Below are positions 50,498-62,830 of a stretch of 64,000 bases of DNA, in pieces. The stretch spans positions 100,380,001 to 100,444,000 of the forward strand of contig NC_058373.1 in the NCBI RefSeq assembly GCF_018350175.1, read 5' to 3'. Positions within the stretch are counted from its first letter, which is position 1. The number at the start of each line of letters is the position of its first letter. The DNA comes from Felis catus. Taxonomy: Eukaryota. A model generated the notes under the pieces. It was given only the letters and a program-made list of their open reading frames with translations. It did not search any database and was not told the origin of the DNA. The position numbers were made by a program, and so were the translations under genes.

Positions 50498-50870
50498 GGG
50501 GGCACCTGGGTGGCTCACTCAGTTGAGCATCTAACTTTGGCTTAGGTCATGATCTCATGGGTTGTGGGTTAGAGCTCCACGTGGGGCTCGGTGCTGACAG
50601 CTCAGAGCCTGGAGCCTGCTTTGGATTCTGTGCCTCCCACTCTCTCTGCCCCTCCCCCACTCAGGCTCCATCTCTCAAAAATAAATAACCATTTAAAAAA
50701 AATAGGTCATGATCTCATGGGTTATGGGTTAGAGCTCCACGTGGGGCTCGGTGCTGACAGCTCAGAGCCTGGAGCCTGCTTTGGATTCTGTGCCTCCCAC
50801 TCTCTCTGCCCCTCCCCCACTCAGGCTCCATCTCTCAAAAATAAATAACCATTTAAAAAAAATTTTTTTT
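50498..50870 (+). mobile_element. Can-SINE with internal 160 bp tandem duplication
   Basis: One TSD pair AAGTCMGTGCATGGT (50483-50497, 50871-50885) encloses both copies. Confidence 0.92.
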
Positions 50871-52116
50871 AAGTCCGTGCATGGTAGTAATATCATGAAA
50901 ACAATGTTCAAATAAGATTAATCCAGTAAAAATATGCATGCTGGATTGGAAGAGCGAGGGACTAGAATCCAGAAAGTTGGCTTGGAATCTGTTCATAACT
51001 TAGATGTAAGAAAAAGTCTTTGGCTGGTAAGGTAAGTAATAGGGGTTGAGGGGTGGAGGGAATTCCAAAAGAGATATTATCAAAAAGCTTTTGAGCATTT
51101 TTGATATTCTAAGTGGTATGCACTTTATATGTTCGTTACAACAACCCTGAGTTTTTATTAGTATCCTTATTTAGTGTGTGTTACCTGACGGCCAGAGAAC
51201 CAGGACTAAAACCTAGGTCTGAAAAAAAAAAAAAGTCATAAGTGCTTCAAAGTTTTTATGTTTGGGTGATCAGGCAGGAAGAACAGTTGGGTGACTGAGC
51301 GGAGAAACAGAAATAGGAAGGAGATGATTTCAGGGAGCAAGGGGAAGATGAGATGTTTTAAAAATGAAATATTGAACTTGGGGTGAGAGCCATATATCCC
51401 AGTGGAAACATTTAGAGGGCAATTAGGTACATAAGCCAGTCTATCTTGTAAGAGGCTCAGATCACAGAGAAAAATCAGCAGCACAGGGGCAAGCCTGAAG
51501 AGATGGTTCAACCCCCAAAGGAGACTGACTCGTGGGTAACTTCCTCTCTAAAGGCAGAAGCTGGAAGAGGAGTTATCTAAAGCAATTGAGGAAGGGATCA
51601 GAGGTGAAAAAAATCAGGTTAGTTCAGTGTCAGGCAAGCCAAAATAAGGAAGGTGGGGGGGGGGGGGGGGAGGAAAAGGAAAGGAAGGGAAAGGGGGAAA
51701 TAAGGAACCATTTCAAGAAGGAAAAGGTGGTCAGTAGTATCAAAGATACAGAGAAGTCCAGGAGAATAAAGAGTAATTGAAGAAAACAAAGACTGGCAAA
51801 AATCATTTTACAGCTGACTGAAGACAGGACTACAAGAACTAGTATGGTAATTTGGAGGTGCCCCAGGAGCAAAGACAGTTTTTCAAAACAAGGGAGACCG
51901 GAGCATGCATAAAGACCATGGAAATTATAACGGGGAAATAGTTTCTTTAAACCAAGATGCCACTGGGATTTTTTGGGATAATTCCAAAGATTCGGGGAAA
52001 TAGGAACAGCTCTAACCACAACAGAAGAAATACACACCAGTTTCCAAGGATTGGGTTGGGTTATTCTATAAGATAGTCTTATAGAAGTGGATACACCCAG
52101 CAAATCGTGTATAAAC

Positions 52117-52315
52117 TTATTTATTATTTCTTAAATGTTTATTTATTTTTGAGAGAGAGAGGGAGGGAGGGGCAGAGAGAGAAGAAGACGGAAGATCTGA
52201 AGTGGGCTCTGTGCTGACAGCAGCGAGCCTGATGTGGGGCTTGAACTCACAAACCATGAGATCATGGCCTGAGCCCAAGTCAGACACTTAACCGACTGAG
52301 CCACTCGGACGTCCC
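52117..52315 (-). mobile_element. Can-SINE
   Basis: Reverse SINE body and head. Confidence 0.88.
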
Positions 52316-53239
52316 TAAACATATTTAAAGAAATATTTAGTATTAGCCAACAAGGGGGTGTGGCTGGCTGGGTTATTGTGCTGTTCAATGGATGCCCTCC
52401 CAGGAGGTCAGATTGGGGCCAGGATGTAAGAAAGGAAGGATATGATTAAAAGATTATTTCAGTACAACTAGGGCAGAGATTCCAAGGCGCATAAAGGAGA
52501 ACCAATGGTGACAGCACAGATGCCAATTTGCCCAGGCACAGAGGTGCTCCTGGGGACCCGCTGGCCCGGGACAGTGTAGTCACCACTTGCAGATCACTGC
52601 AAGGCCACAGGCCAAGCTGTCTTCATGCCGTCAATTCCTACAACACACCAGAAACTGACTTGCTCCAGAGTTTCCCTGTTAATGAACACCCTAGTCTCCT
52701 CCCTGATTTCAGTGTTATTTAGTGTTTAGCTGGTTCCTCCCAAGTTTCAGTGCTAGGTAAACCACTGTCTCCCAACCCCCTTTCTGTGAAATGATCCCTA
52801 CTCTTTTTGTGCTTTGTGTTAGTGTCCTCTTCACAGGTATAAACCTTCAATTCTTTCCAATCCAGGAGTTGTTCTTCCACTAAAAGAGCCAAACCAGAAA
52901 GTCACCTACAATTCCAAATGCCTTGGGGTCAACCCAGTCTAACTTAGAAGGACAAAAGTGCTTTTTATCTACTTGCTCCTAAGAAGGTGCTCAGGTGACA
53001 GAATTGGCTGCAGCTTAACATCACCATCTGGTGCCTGGGAGGTGTCACTGCAAATCTGTTCTGTCCTTTAGAACTTAGTAAACAAATGGAAAAAGCGTCC
53101 CTGCACCCATTAAAAGATAAACTCTTTATTTTTGGATCTCATCCTCTCTTTCACACTGTGCTTTTGGAGGTATCCACCCTATGCCCACATCAGAAGTTTT
53201 TCCTGCTGCATCTAATTCTCCCTTTCCTTCCAGATCGTT

Positions 53240-54795
53240 GTCATTGCCCTATAAACTGACTCCAGCATCTCCATTTAAAGGAAGAAAGAAAAAGGCCTCT
53301 TTTGATCACAAGGATCCCTCCACTACCCATTCACTGCTCTGGTCCCCTTGAACACAAAACCACTTAGAGAAGATACCTACATGCAACATGTCTACTTCTT
53401 CAATCCTAAATCTCTTTTTAACTCACCCCCACACCGGTCTGTTTCCACCACTGCCCTGCAACCTTTCTTTCGGTCACTAATGACCTCTGTGTTGCAAAAC
53501 ACATGGTGCTCTCTTTCAAAACGCGCGCTTCTCTTGGAATTTGGAAATTGCCATGTCCTTGTTTGCCTTCTACCTCTCTGTCTTCTTTTTTTCAGTCTTC
53601 TCTGCTGGCTTCTTCTCCTCTAGCCCATGTCTAAATTCAGCACAGCAGGTGTGGGACCCTGTCTGGGCCCTCTTTTCTTCTCTACATACGTTTTCTCTCT
53701 GGCTGAGCTCCTCCTACCTTGACACTGACAAAACTGCCTCTGTGCTGATGATTCCCAAATGTTCAGCCCAGACCTGTCCTTGGGGCTCTGGACTTGGAGA
53801 TCAATGTGTGACAGGCATTTCAAACCAACACGTGCAATGTAAAAATTGGCTCTCCCCCAACATCTACCCCTGTTCCAGTATTTTTCATCTCAGGAAACAA
53901 CGCTGCTATCCATCTATTTGCTCAGCCTAAAAATAAGGTATCAGCCTTGATTTCCCACCTTGCTTTACCACCCCTCCTCCAGTGGCTAATTTAATGCTAA
54001 GTCTGTCTCTGAAATAGATCCCAAGTTGATCCATTTCTCTGCATCTCCACCATCACCACCCTAGTCCCAGCCACTATCTTCTCACTTGGATTATTTATTC
54101 AGTAGCCTCCTAGGTGGCCTCTCTGCTCTTTCCCTCTTCAGTCCATTTCCTACACAGTAGCTAGAGTGATCCTTTACATGTGCAAATCACAACCTTAACT
54201 CTTCTCTTAGAAACATCAAGGGTTTTCCATCAAACTTAGGATAAAACCTGAACTCCTTACAATGGCTTAAAAGACATCACAGGATCTGGGTCAACCTACC
54301 TGGCTGACTTCCTGCTCACTGTGTCCAGTTAGCCTCCTCACTCTTCTGTCTTAGTACTTGCCATTCCCCCATGCCTCCAGCCTTTTCTCTGGCTCTTCCC
54401 ATGACTCCATCTTTCTCAGCCCCAGCATCATCTCTTCAGAGAGGCCACGCACTTTATAGTAACCTTTGTCCCCACTCCCAAGTTACTTTCTATTTCCTCA
54501 TCTGCTTTTTTTCTTCCATAAAATTTACCAAAACTTGAAATTATCTCATCTGTTAGCTTGTCTCCATCCCACCCAGCCTTCCCCTCTGCCAGTGCAATGT
54601 CAGCACTTTGAAGGGAACTTCCAATTGCATTGTGATGACTGGCTCCCTGGGCACCATCAGTGTTGCAGGTCCACATGAATGGAGGTCCTTGTGGCAAGCT
54701 GCCCTCGTCTGCCTTGTTCATAGCCCCCAGCACCTAGCACAGTGCCTACCACATGGAAAGTGCTCCGTAGTTGTGATATGAATGAAAGAATGAAA
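53240..54795 (+). mobile_element. L2 remnant
   Basis: L2 motifs and 3' end AGCACCTAGCACAGTGCC...GAATGAAAGAATGAA. Confidence 0.75.
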
Positions 54796-54902
54796 TGTAG
54801 ATGATCCCAAACATACACCTCAGATCCATGCCTCCAAGAAATGTAAATTCTAGGAGATCATTAGAACCAAGAGTATAAACATCACATAGAAATATTGATG
54901 TC

Positions 54903-55098
54903 GGGGTGCCTGGGTGTCTCAGTCGGTTCAGGGTCCGACTTCGGCTCAGGTCATGATCTCATGGTTCATGAGTTCCAGCCCCGCATCGGGCTCTCTGCTG
55001 TCAGCACAGAGCCTGCTTCAGATCTTCTGTCTCCCCCTCTCTCTGACCCTCCTCCACTCACACTCTGTCTCAAAAATAAACACACATTAAAAAAAAAA
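54903..55098 (+). mobile_element. Can-SINE
   Basis: Head, CT tract, A tail. Confidence 0.9.
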
Positions 55099-56210
55099 GA
55101 TGTGTTTCTCAGGGCCATGTGCATATTTAGTAGCATGGTGCCTCTGATCTTTGAGCTGTAAACAAGTGTATCAATGGACATAGGTACTGTCCTCATCTTC
55201 ACAAGAGAATAGTCCACTTGAGAAAATCAGTTTGAATTCAAGCCATGAAGTTTTTTCCTCTGAGTGTTAAAAAAAAAAAAAAAGTATTTTCCACTCTTCT
55301 CCACTGTCTTTGAATAGTCAACCTTAGCCCCTTCCAAACTAGACTTACTCCTCCCTCTCCCATGACTTCATCTCCTATTTGCCATTGAACATTGAAGCCA
55401 TCTGGGTAGACACTTCTTGACCTATGCTACCAAACCTTTAACCCTGCCTGCTTCTGCACAAGGTGCCCTCTCCTCCTTTGCTGCCATTAGGCAGAGGAGA
55501 CATCGTGTTCTTATTAAAGGTTAATCCACCTGCGCCCTGCATTCTATTTCCTCCTATTCTGGATTCATAAATTCTCAATTATCCATCTCTGGGGGCTTCA
55601 GACCCCCTCCTTAATGCTGAGACTTTGTATCAGCATTTAAATATGCTCAACATTTTAATGTCTTCCCCAACATTTGAAAGGTTGGATGGAGGACAGGTCA
55701 CGAAGTCTACCCTGGACTTCACTGTCTCCTTAGTTGCTGTCCTCCTGTCATAGTTATCAAAACTTCTCAAAACCATTTTAAGCATGTATTTATACTCACT
55801 GTCTCCGTTTCCTTACCAATGAACCAATTTAATCCCTGTTTCTGCCTTCCATTCCACTGAAGTAGCTCATGTTGGGGTCATGAATTACCTCTCACTGTTG
55901 AATCAATTCATCATTGTTTCTGCCTCTCATCCCACTAAAGTGGCTCACGTCATTAATTACCTCCATGTCACTAACTTTGAAAGGCATTTTAAACCCTTAC
56001 CTTATTTGATTTCTTAGCAGTTCTTAATCACTTCATCCTTGTGATACTTCCCTTGTCTCCTGTCACACCTTATTTTCCTGGTCCTCCCTTGCTTCTTCTC
56101 AGACCCATTTGTTGGTTTATGTTCATCATAACCATGATTTGTTGGATGGAGTCCTTGGGGTTCTGTCTGAATCTCCTTCTGTTCTCATTCAAAGATCTCT
56201 TTTTAGGGGT

Positions 56211-56520
56211 GTCACCCTAAATATTAAATATTACAAATTAAATCAGATAAAACATTAGGCAGACCTAATGTAGGAAATGGTCCTGATCTGGTTTTGAGGA
56301 GATAGGCTGGAAGGCTTACCAGGGCTTTTCTATTATTTACTTTAAAGATTCTGCCAAAGAGCAAAACCCATATGCTCAGTTTCAGGCATACGCTGTGAAA
56401 TTGTTATTCAGAGTCCTGAAGAAACGAGTGTGTTTAATTAGAGGTTGGAGGTAAGGTGGTAAGGTTTGGGTCCTATTTGGAGTGTATTAACTAGAGACCG
56501 GACTGCCCAGATGCCATACC
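56211..56520 (+). repeat. Left arm of a ~300 bp inverted duplication (partner 58381-58680)
   Basis: Manual alignment to the reverse complement of 58381-58680. Confidence 0.95.
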
Positions 56521-56602
56521 GCAGGGCTTGAACTCACAAACTGCGAGATCATGATCCGAGCCGAATTTGGATGCTTAACTGACTGAACCACCCAGGCGCC
56601 CC
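56521..56602 (-). mobile_element. Can-SINE head lacking body and tail, abutting the inverted-duplication arm
   Basis: Reverse of GGGGCGCCTGGGTGG...GAGTTCAAGCCCTGC. Confidence 0.85.
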
Positions 56603-56647
56603 ATGTAACAGATACTATTAAAGCTCTGTCCCACAGTGGGTACAGGG

Positions 56648-56826
56648 CAATGGTCTCCTAAGTATAGTCTCTGAACCAGCAGTATCTGCATCACCTAGGA
56701 ATCTGTTAGACATGCATTCTGCAACCCCATCCCAGACCTACTGAATCAGCAACCCTGGGGTGGGCATCTACAGTCTGGGTCTTATCAAGTCCTCCAGGTG
56801 ATTACGAATATTTGGGAACCACTAGC
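56648..56826 (+). mobile_element. MER5A-like hAT element
   Basis: CAGCAGTATCTGCATCACCTAGG...CCCAGACCTACTGAATCAG...TTTGGGAACCACT. Confidence 0.75.
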
Positions 56827-56834
56827 TTGTAGTG

Positions 56835-57184
56835 TATGAGCTTCCTTTGTCTCTCTGAGGGGAGGCTGCAGTGCTGGGAATTTCACACCCCTGGAGTGCC
56901 CTTCAACTATGGAGGGATGGGAGTTGGTGGATCAACGTTCCAGCCTCGTACCCCTTAGTAAGAGATTCTTAGGGATGCTCCACAAAGTCTCTCGAGAGTC
57001 CCCAGTAGGATTGAGCCCAGTTACCCACAGTGGTTACTTGCTCATTAATGATTTTTCTTCCTTCTTTTCCTTGTCTCACTTCCTCACTCATTCACAGAGC
57101 TTTCCGGAGCCAACTCTTAAATAAGTCACTTGTGCCCAAATCCTTACCTTAAGGTCTGCTTTTGGGGAGGCCCAGACTAAGACA
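56835..57184 (+). mobile_element. ERVL-type LTR fragment (LTR16-like)
   Basis: 3' end CCCAAATCCTTACCTTAAGGTCTGCTTTGGGGAGGCCCAGACTAAGACA. Confidence 0.65.
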
Positions 57185-58065
57185 TATAATACAAATACCC
57201 CATGTGAAGGAAGCTTTCCCTTTACCCCAGGCTAGATCAGTTCACCTTGTTACCTGCTTTTTTTTTTTAGCCTTTTTCTTTTGCATCACGGCTTTCCCCA
57301 CAGTTTATAATTACATATTTGTGTGATTCCTTAGCTAATGATTTCTGTCCCACCTTGAAGGAATGCTATCTATTGCACCTGTTACATCCTCAACACCTCC
57401 CAGGGCCTGTAACAAACATAGACACGTAGTAAATGTTTGTTGAATGAACAATGAATGGGTAGTACCATTTCATGCATAACTTGCGGAAGGCATATCTGAA
57501 AAATTCTCAGGTTTTCTGTCACCTACATTTCAACACATTTTTCTTTTACATTTCTTCCAGGCTTCTCTTCTTTCCTAAGGTTCAATTTTTTTTTTCACTC
57601 CATGTTTAGGGCATTGGCATTCTCCACATAATACTACTTTCTGTTAATTATGTCTGGATTTACCTTTTAACGTATTTCCTCTCCAACCAATACATTTGTC
57701 CTTCTAACAATGGGAAAGGCTCATTTTGTAATAGCATTTTTTAATTTGCAAATCACAATATGCCTTGACATCCATCTTCAAAGCCTATAAAGGCTTTTCA
57801 ACTGAAGGCTTCATTGGCCTTCTCACTTCTAACGGAGGTGAACATATAAATACATACCGAATACTTTCGCATTTCTGAGATAATTTAGTTTTGTCTGTGA
57901 AAAAATGGGGATGAGGACACTCCCTCCTTTCTCCCACACCTGAAAGTCTTTGCCCATCTCTGTTGCCTACATGCCCAAAGAGAGAGTTCTGTAGTTTTAA
58001 GTCAGATTATTCATTTGGACTGTTTTATTAATGGATGAGTTTACGTTAAAGTTTGCACCTATATA

Positions 58066-58070
<5 letters not shown>

Positions 58071-58113
<43 letters not shown>
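58071..58113. repeat. (TG)21 microsatellite
   Basis: Read directly. Confidence 0.97.
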
Positions 58114-58115
<2 letters not shown>

Positions 58116-58380
58116 GGTTACCACACCTGGGGCAGCCTTAACATCTTTGTCTCATTCAATGTGACTTCCAGAGACTCAGACCTCTCCTATTTGGGATGAA
58201 GAAATGATACCTCACCTAAACCTTCAGTGCAAGCTACATTCTTCAGTGCAGCCCGAGACCCCCTCCCTCCTTGTGGGAATATAAAGTGCTTGCTCAGCTA
58301 TTAAAGAAGTAGAACTTTGTTTTGCCTTTGGCTCTTTCTTTTCATGTGGTCAAGCCAACTGAGTATGCAGGATGCTTGGT

Positions 58381-58680
58381 GGCGTGGGATCTGGGAAGTC
58401 CGGGTCTCTAGTTAATACACTCAAAAAAGGACCCAAACCCTACCTCCAACCTCTAATTAAACACACTCGTTTCTTCAGGAACTCTGAATAACAATTTCAC
58501 AGCGTATGCCTGAAACTGAGCATATGGGTTTTGCTCTTTGGCAGAATCTTTTAAATAAATAATAGAAAAGCCCCAGTAAGCCTTCTAGTCTGTCTCCCCA
58601 AAACCAGACCAGGATCATTTCCTACATTAGGCCTGCCTAATGTTTTATCTGATTTAATTTTTAATATTTTGGAGGATGAC
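58381..58680 (-). repeat. Right arm of the inverted duplication
   Basis: Reverse complement of 56211-56520. Confidence 0.95.
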
Positions 58681-59356
58681 TTTCACAATTTCCCTGAGGA
58701 GACCATTTCATAATTTAATATTTATCTCTCAGACAGGCAGTGTTTCCAGTAATCAACCCAAATTTTAAATTTTCATCTTGTTCTCTTGGATATTATTTCC
58801 TCTCTGTGAAAAGTTAAAATTTTCAAATATGGTATTAGTGTACCAATAATTTGCCAGGTCCTTCAAAAAAATTAATACCCTGAACCATTTGTCTTTATTG
58901 TTTTTCTGAACACCTATGTTTTTTCTATCTTTTTATTATCTCCTTGAACTTATTTTCTACCTGTGGTCTCATTCTATTTTTAAGTTGAAAATTCTTTATA
59001 GTGACTTTTTTTGTGGTAAAACACATATAACATAAAATTTACCATTTTAGCTAATTTAAATTTAGCTAATTTACAATTTAGTAGCATTAAGTACATTCGC
59101 ACTGTTGTGCCTCCACCATTACCATCTGTCTCCAGAACTTTCTCATCTTCCCAGACTGAAACTCTGTATCCATTAAATACTAACTCCTCCTTCTCCCCAA
59201 CCACAGTCCCTGGTAAATACTATTTTACTTTCTGTCTCTATGAATTTGACTATTTTAGGCACTTCTTATAAGTTCATTCTTATTTTTTAAAGAAGGTAAC
59301 ACATCTGGACTCTAACATGCTGTGATTTTAAATGATTACAAACATAATAATAACCG

Positions 59357-59564
59357 GGGCACCTGGGTGGCTCAGTTAGTTAAGCGTCTGACTCTTGGTT
59401 TCAGCTCAGGTCATGATCTCATGGTTTATGAATTCGAGCCCCACATCAGGCTTTGTGCTGACAGCACAGAGCCTGCTTGGGATTCTCTCTTTCTCCTTCT
59501 CTCTCTGACCCTCCCTTGCTCACATTCTCTCTCTCTTTCAAAATAAACAAAGTTAAAAAAAAAA
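59357..59564 (+). mobile_element. Can-SINE
   Basis: Head, CT tract, A tail. Confidence 0.9.
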
Positions 59565-59611
59565 TATTAACCTTATTATAGCTGTATTAACTCAAGGGTA
59601 ATATTCAAAAT

Positions 59612-59835
59612 ATTTTTTTAAATTTTTTTTAACATTTATTTATTTTTGAGAGACAGAGAGAGATAGAGCACAAGCAGGGGAGGAGCAGAGAGAGAGGGAG
59701 ACACAGAATCCAAAACAGGCTCCAGGCTCCGAGCTGCCAGCACAGAGCCCGACGCGGGGCTCGAACTCATGGACCACGAGATCATGACCTGAGCCGAAGT
59801 CAGCCACTCAACCAACTGAGCCACCCAGGCGCCCC
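59612..59835 (-). mobile_element. Can-SINE
   Basis: TSD TAATATTCAAAATATTT. Confidence 0.92.
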
Positions 59836-60310
59836 TAATATTCAAAATATTTAATGGCTGGCATGGCAGGGGCACAGGGCAATCGGAACAAAGCTCAGCC
59901 CAGTCAGGGTGGATGATGGATGAACATAACAATACAACCTGACTTCTGCTTACAGCTACATGGCAACTCTTTTTCTCCTATATAACTCACTCTGATGTTG
60001 CTTTCTTGCCTTGTAGTTTTAGATATTTTGTTTTCATGTAATAAAACATGAAAACAGAGCCAGGTGATTCTACTGGCTCTGTGGATTTTTCTGCAGGCCT
60101 AATGGAGTCCTAAGCCCCCTAAAAAGTACATGAGGGAGAAGGATAAGCTCTATGTTTCAAGGAGAATGCTGTCGATAGCAAGCCACAGAAAACTCCATCA
60201 AAGAGTCCTATGGAAGACAGGGCTGGAGGCTTGGCATAGAAGAGCATTCTGATCTGTCAATTTTAATACAAGTTAGAATTTATGGTGATAAACAAAAGGA
60301 ACACATTTTA

Positions 60311-60499
60311 GGGGCACCTGGGTGGCTGAGTCAGTTTAGCGTCCGACTCTTGATTTCAGCTCAGGTCATGATCTCACGGTTTGTGAGATTGAGCCCCATG
60401 TTGGGCTCTGTGCTGACAATGAGGAGCCTGCTTGGGATTCTCTCTCTCCCTCTCTCTCTGCCCCTCCCCTCAAAATAAATAAATAAACATTTTAAAAAA
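60311..60499 (+). mobile_element. Can-SINE
   Basis: TSD AAAAGGAACACATTTT. Confidence 0.92.
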
Positions 60500-60605
60500 G
60501 GAACACATTTTTACAGAGGATACTAGAAGCTAGCACTCTGGTGGGAGGTAACAGTATAATTTTCTTTTTACTTTTAAAATAATTTTCAAAAATAACTTTC
60601 ATACA

Positions 60606-60793
60606 GGGGCACCTGGGTGGCTCAGTCAGTTAAGTGTCTGACTCTTGGTTTCAGCTCAGTCATGATCTCACAGTTTGTGAGTTTGAGCCCTGCATCAGGT
60701 TCTGTGTTGGCAGTGTGGAGCCTGCTTGTGATTCTCTCTCCCTCTCTCTCTCCCTCCCCCCACCCAGAATAAATAAATAAACATTTTAAAAAA
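60606..60793 (+). mobile_element. Can-SINE
   Basis: TSD AAAAATRACTTTCATA. Confidence 0.92.
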
Positions 60794-61639
60794 TGACTTT
60801 CATATAAACATACAGTGAATACATGCCAGAAATTTATTTAACTTGTTAATGAAGGAAACAGCAGGATGGTAAAGTGATCTAAAGAGGATCTAAGAAGGTG
60901 ATATATTGGATTGGTGAAAAACAGAATGTTGGAGTAAGATGGCAAAATTTGACACAAAACTGGTAAATGTCCTACAGGGTAGTAAAAGCATGACCTTTGA
61001 AATTATCTTACTCACTATCGATTTTCTGTAAGGCAATATTTACCTTTACTGAGTTTAGGTCCTAATTAACAGTAAACAGTAAATCAAACATTGCATTTGC
61101 TAGAGAATCAGACTTGTTATGTGGTCTTGTTAGATAATACTTGGATACTTTTTCTTTACAGTGATGTGCAGAGAGCATGGCTTCTCAAATCTCCCCACTA
61201 TCCTTTTGGGTTGATGGAAGGATTCCTCCTGCCCAGAAGGAGGTCCTGTAAGTTGGGAGAAGACTTTAGTAGGGGCTCACAAAGTTTTTTGTACCCCTAA
61301 TCATGTCATGCTAAACCTTGGCTTATGCTTAGATAGTTACAAAGTATGCCTTTAACAAGTCACAACATCCAACATTTGGGTTCCAGTTCCAATTTCTTAC
61401 TGTGTCACCAGGGCCATAGGTAAACTACAAGAACAATACTGTGAGCACCATGTATCCTTTACTTAGGCTCACTGATTGTTAGCACTTGTAAGTTTGCTTT
61501 GTCTCTTTCCCTTTCTTACACTTCCACAAACACACTTCCCTGAACCATTTGAAAGTTAACTGTATACATCATGAAATTTCAGTCCTAAATATTATAGCAT
61601 ATAGTCCGAAAAACAAGGATTTTTTTTTTTTTTTTTTTT

Positions 61640-62124
61640 TGGTAGTGGATACTGCAATGCTTTGTCTAGATCCCTCTTCAGAGATAAAGAACTTATTCCT
61701 TCATAGTTTTGGAGTGCCACTGGCATATAGCCCTTAGCTGTTCATCTTCTCTGGAAATTATCTTGGCTGAAGAAACTGTGTAGCCCAAGGTCACACCCCC
61801 TCAGGGCCATCTGTATCCTATGACTGACTGAAGCAGAGGCATGAAGGCCTGGATGCCTTCGTGACGCAGCATAACTCGGAAGGGTCGCTCAAGGGTCGCT
61901 CCAGTGTCACGTCCTCCAGGGTTCATGAGGCCTCTGTTGAGACTGCATTGCAGCCCAAACTTTCTCTCTGCCCAGAAATGGGCAGAAATGCTTTTTATTT
62001 TCCCCCTTCCCTTCCTTTCCAAAGGTACTGATCCCAAGAGCACTTCTTAATAAAATCCCTGCATACTAATCTCCATTTCAAGCCTCAGGTTTGAACAGGT
62101 TCAAACCTCAACCTGTTTGGTGAC
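61640..62124 (+). mobile_element. ERVL-type solo LTR (LTR16/LTR33-like)
   Basis: AATAAAATCCCTGCATACTAATCTCCATTTCA poly-A region, ends TGACA. Confidence 0.6.
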
Positions 62125-62603
62125 AGAAGTGGCTTGAGAGAGCTGAAACTAATATCAATTGCAGTGACCCACTCCAGAATTTTACCATCATGACAGCTAA
62201 AAAGTATTTTCTCATGTTCGACTTAAACTCTCCTGTCTCAACGGTCTCCAAGATACAGTAATTGAGAAAAGCAAAGCATCACGAGCTTCCATTTGTGGGG
62301 AAAAAAAGAGAATACATTTATATATATGTTTATACGTGTGTAGAATATCTTTTTAAGGAAATACAAGAAATCTGTAGTAGGGTTGCCTCTGGGAGAGAAG
62401 ATCAGGGGTCTGGGGGTAGAGGACCTACTTTTTTTTTTTTTTTTCTGTAAGCCCTTTGATATTATTCTCATTTCTATCATGCACTCGGACTTTTTTTTTT
62501 AAAGAATGCAAACAAAATGAGACAAAATGGTAATTGTTGCTAATTTGCAGCGGTAGGAATATGGTTTTGTTGTATTGGTTGCAATTTTCTGTAGTTTTAT
62601 AAT

Positions 62604-62830
62604 TCTTTTTTTACGTTTTTTATTTTATTTTTGAGAGAGGGAGAGAGAGACAGACAGAGCGTGAGTAGGGAAGGGGCAGAGACAGAGAGGGAGACCCAGA
62701 ATCCGAAGCAGGCTCCAGGCTCTGAGCTGTCAGCACAGGGGCTCTGATGCGGGGCTCAAACTCACAAACCGTGAGATCATGACCTTAGCCAAAGTTGGAT
62801 GCTTAACCAACTGAGCCACCCAGGCTCCCC
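62604..62830 (-). mobile_element. Can-SINE
   Basis: TSD TCTGTAGTTTT. Confidence 0.9.
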
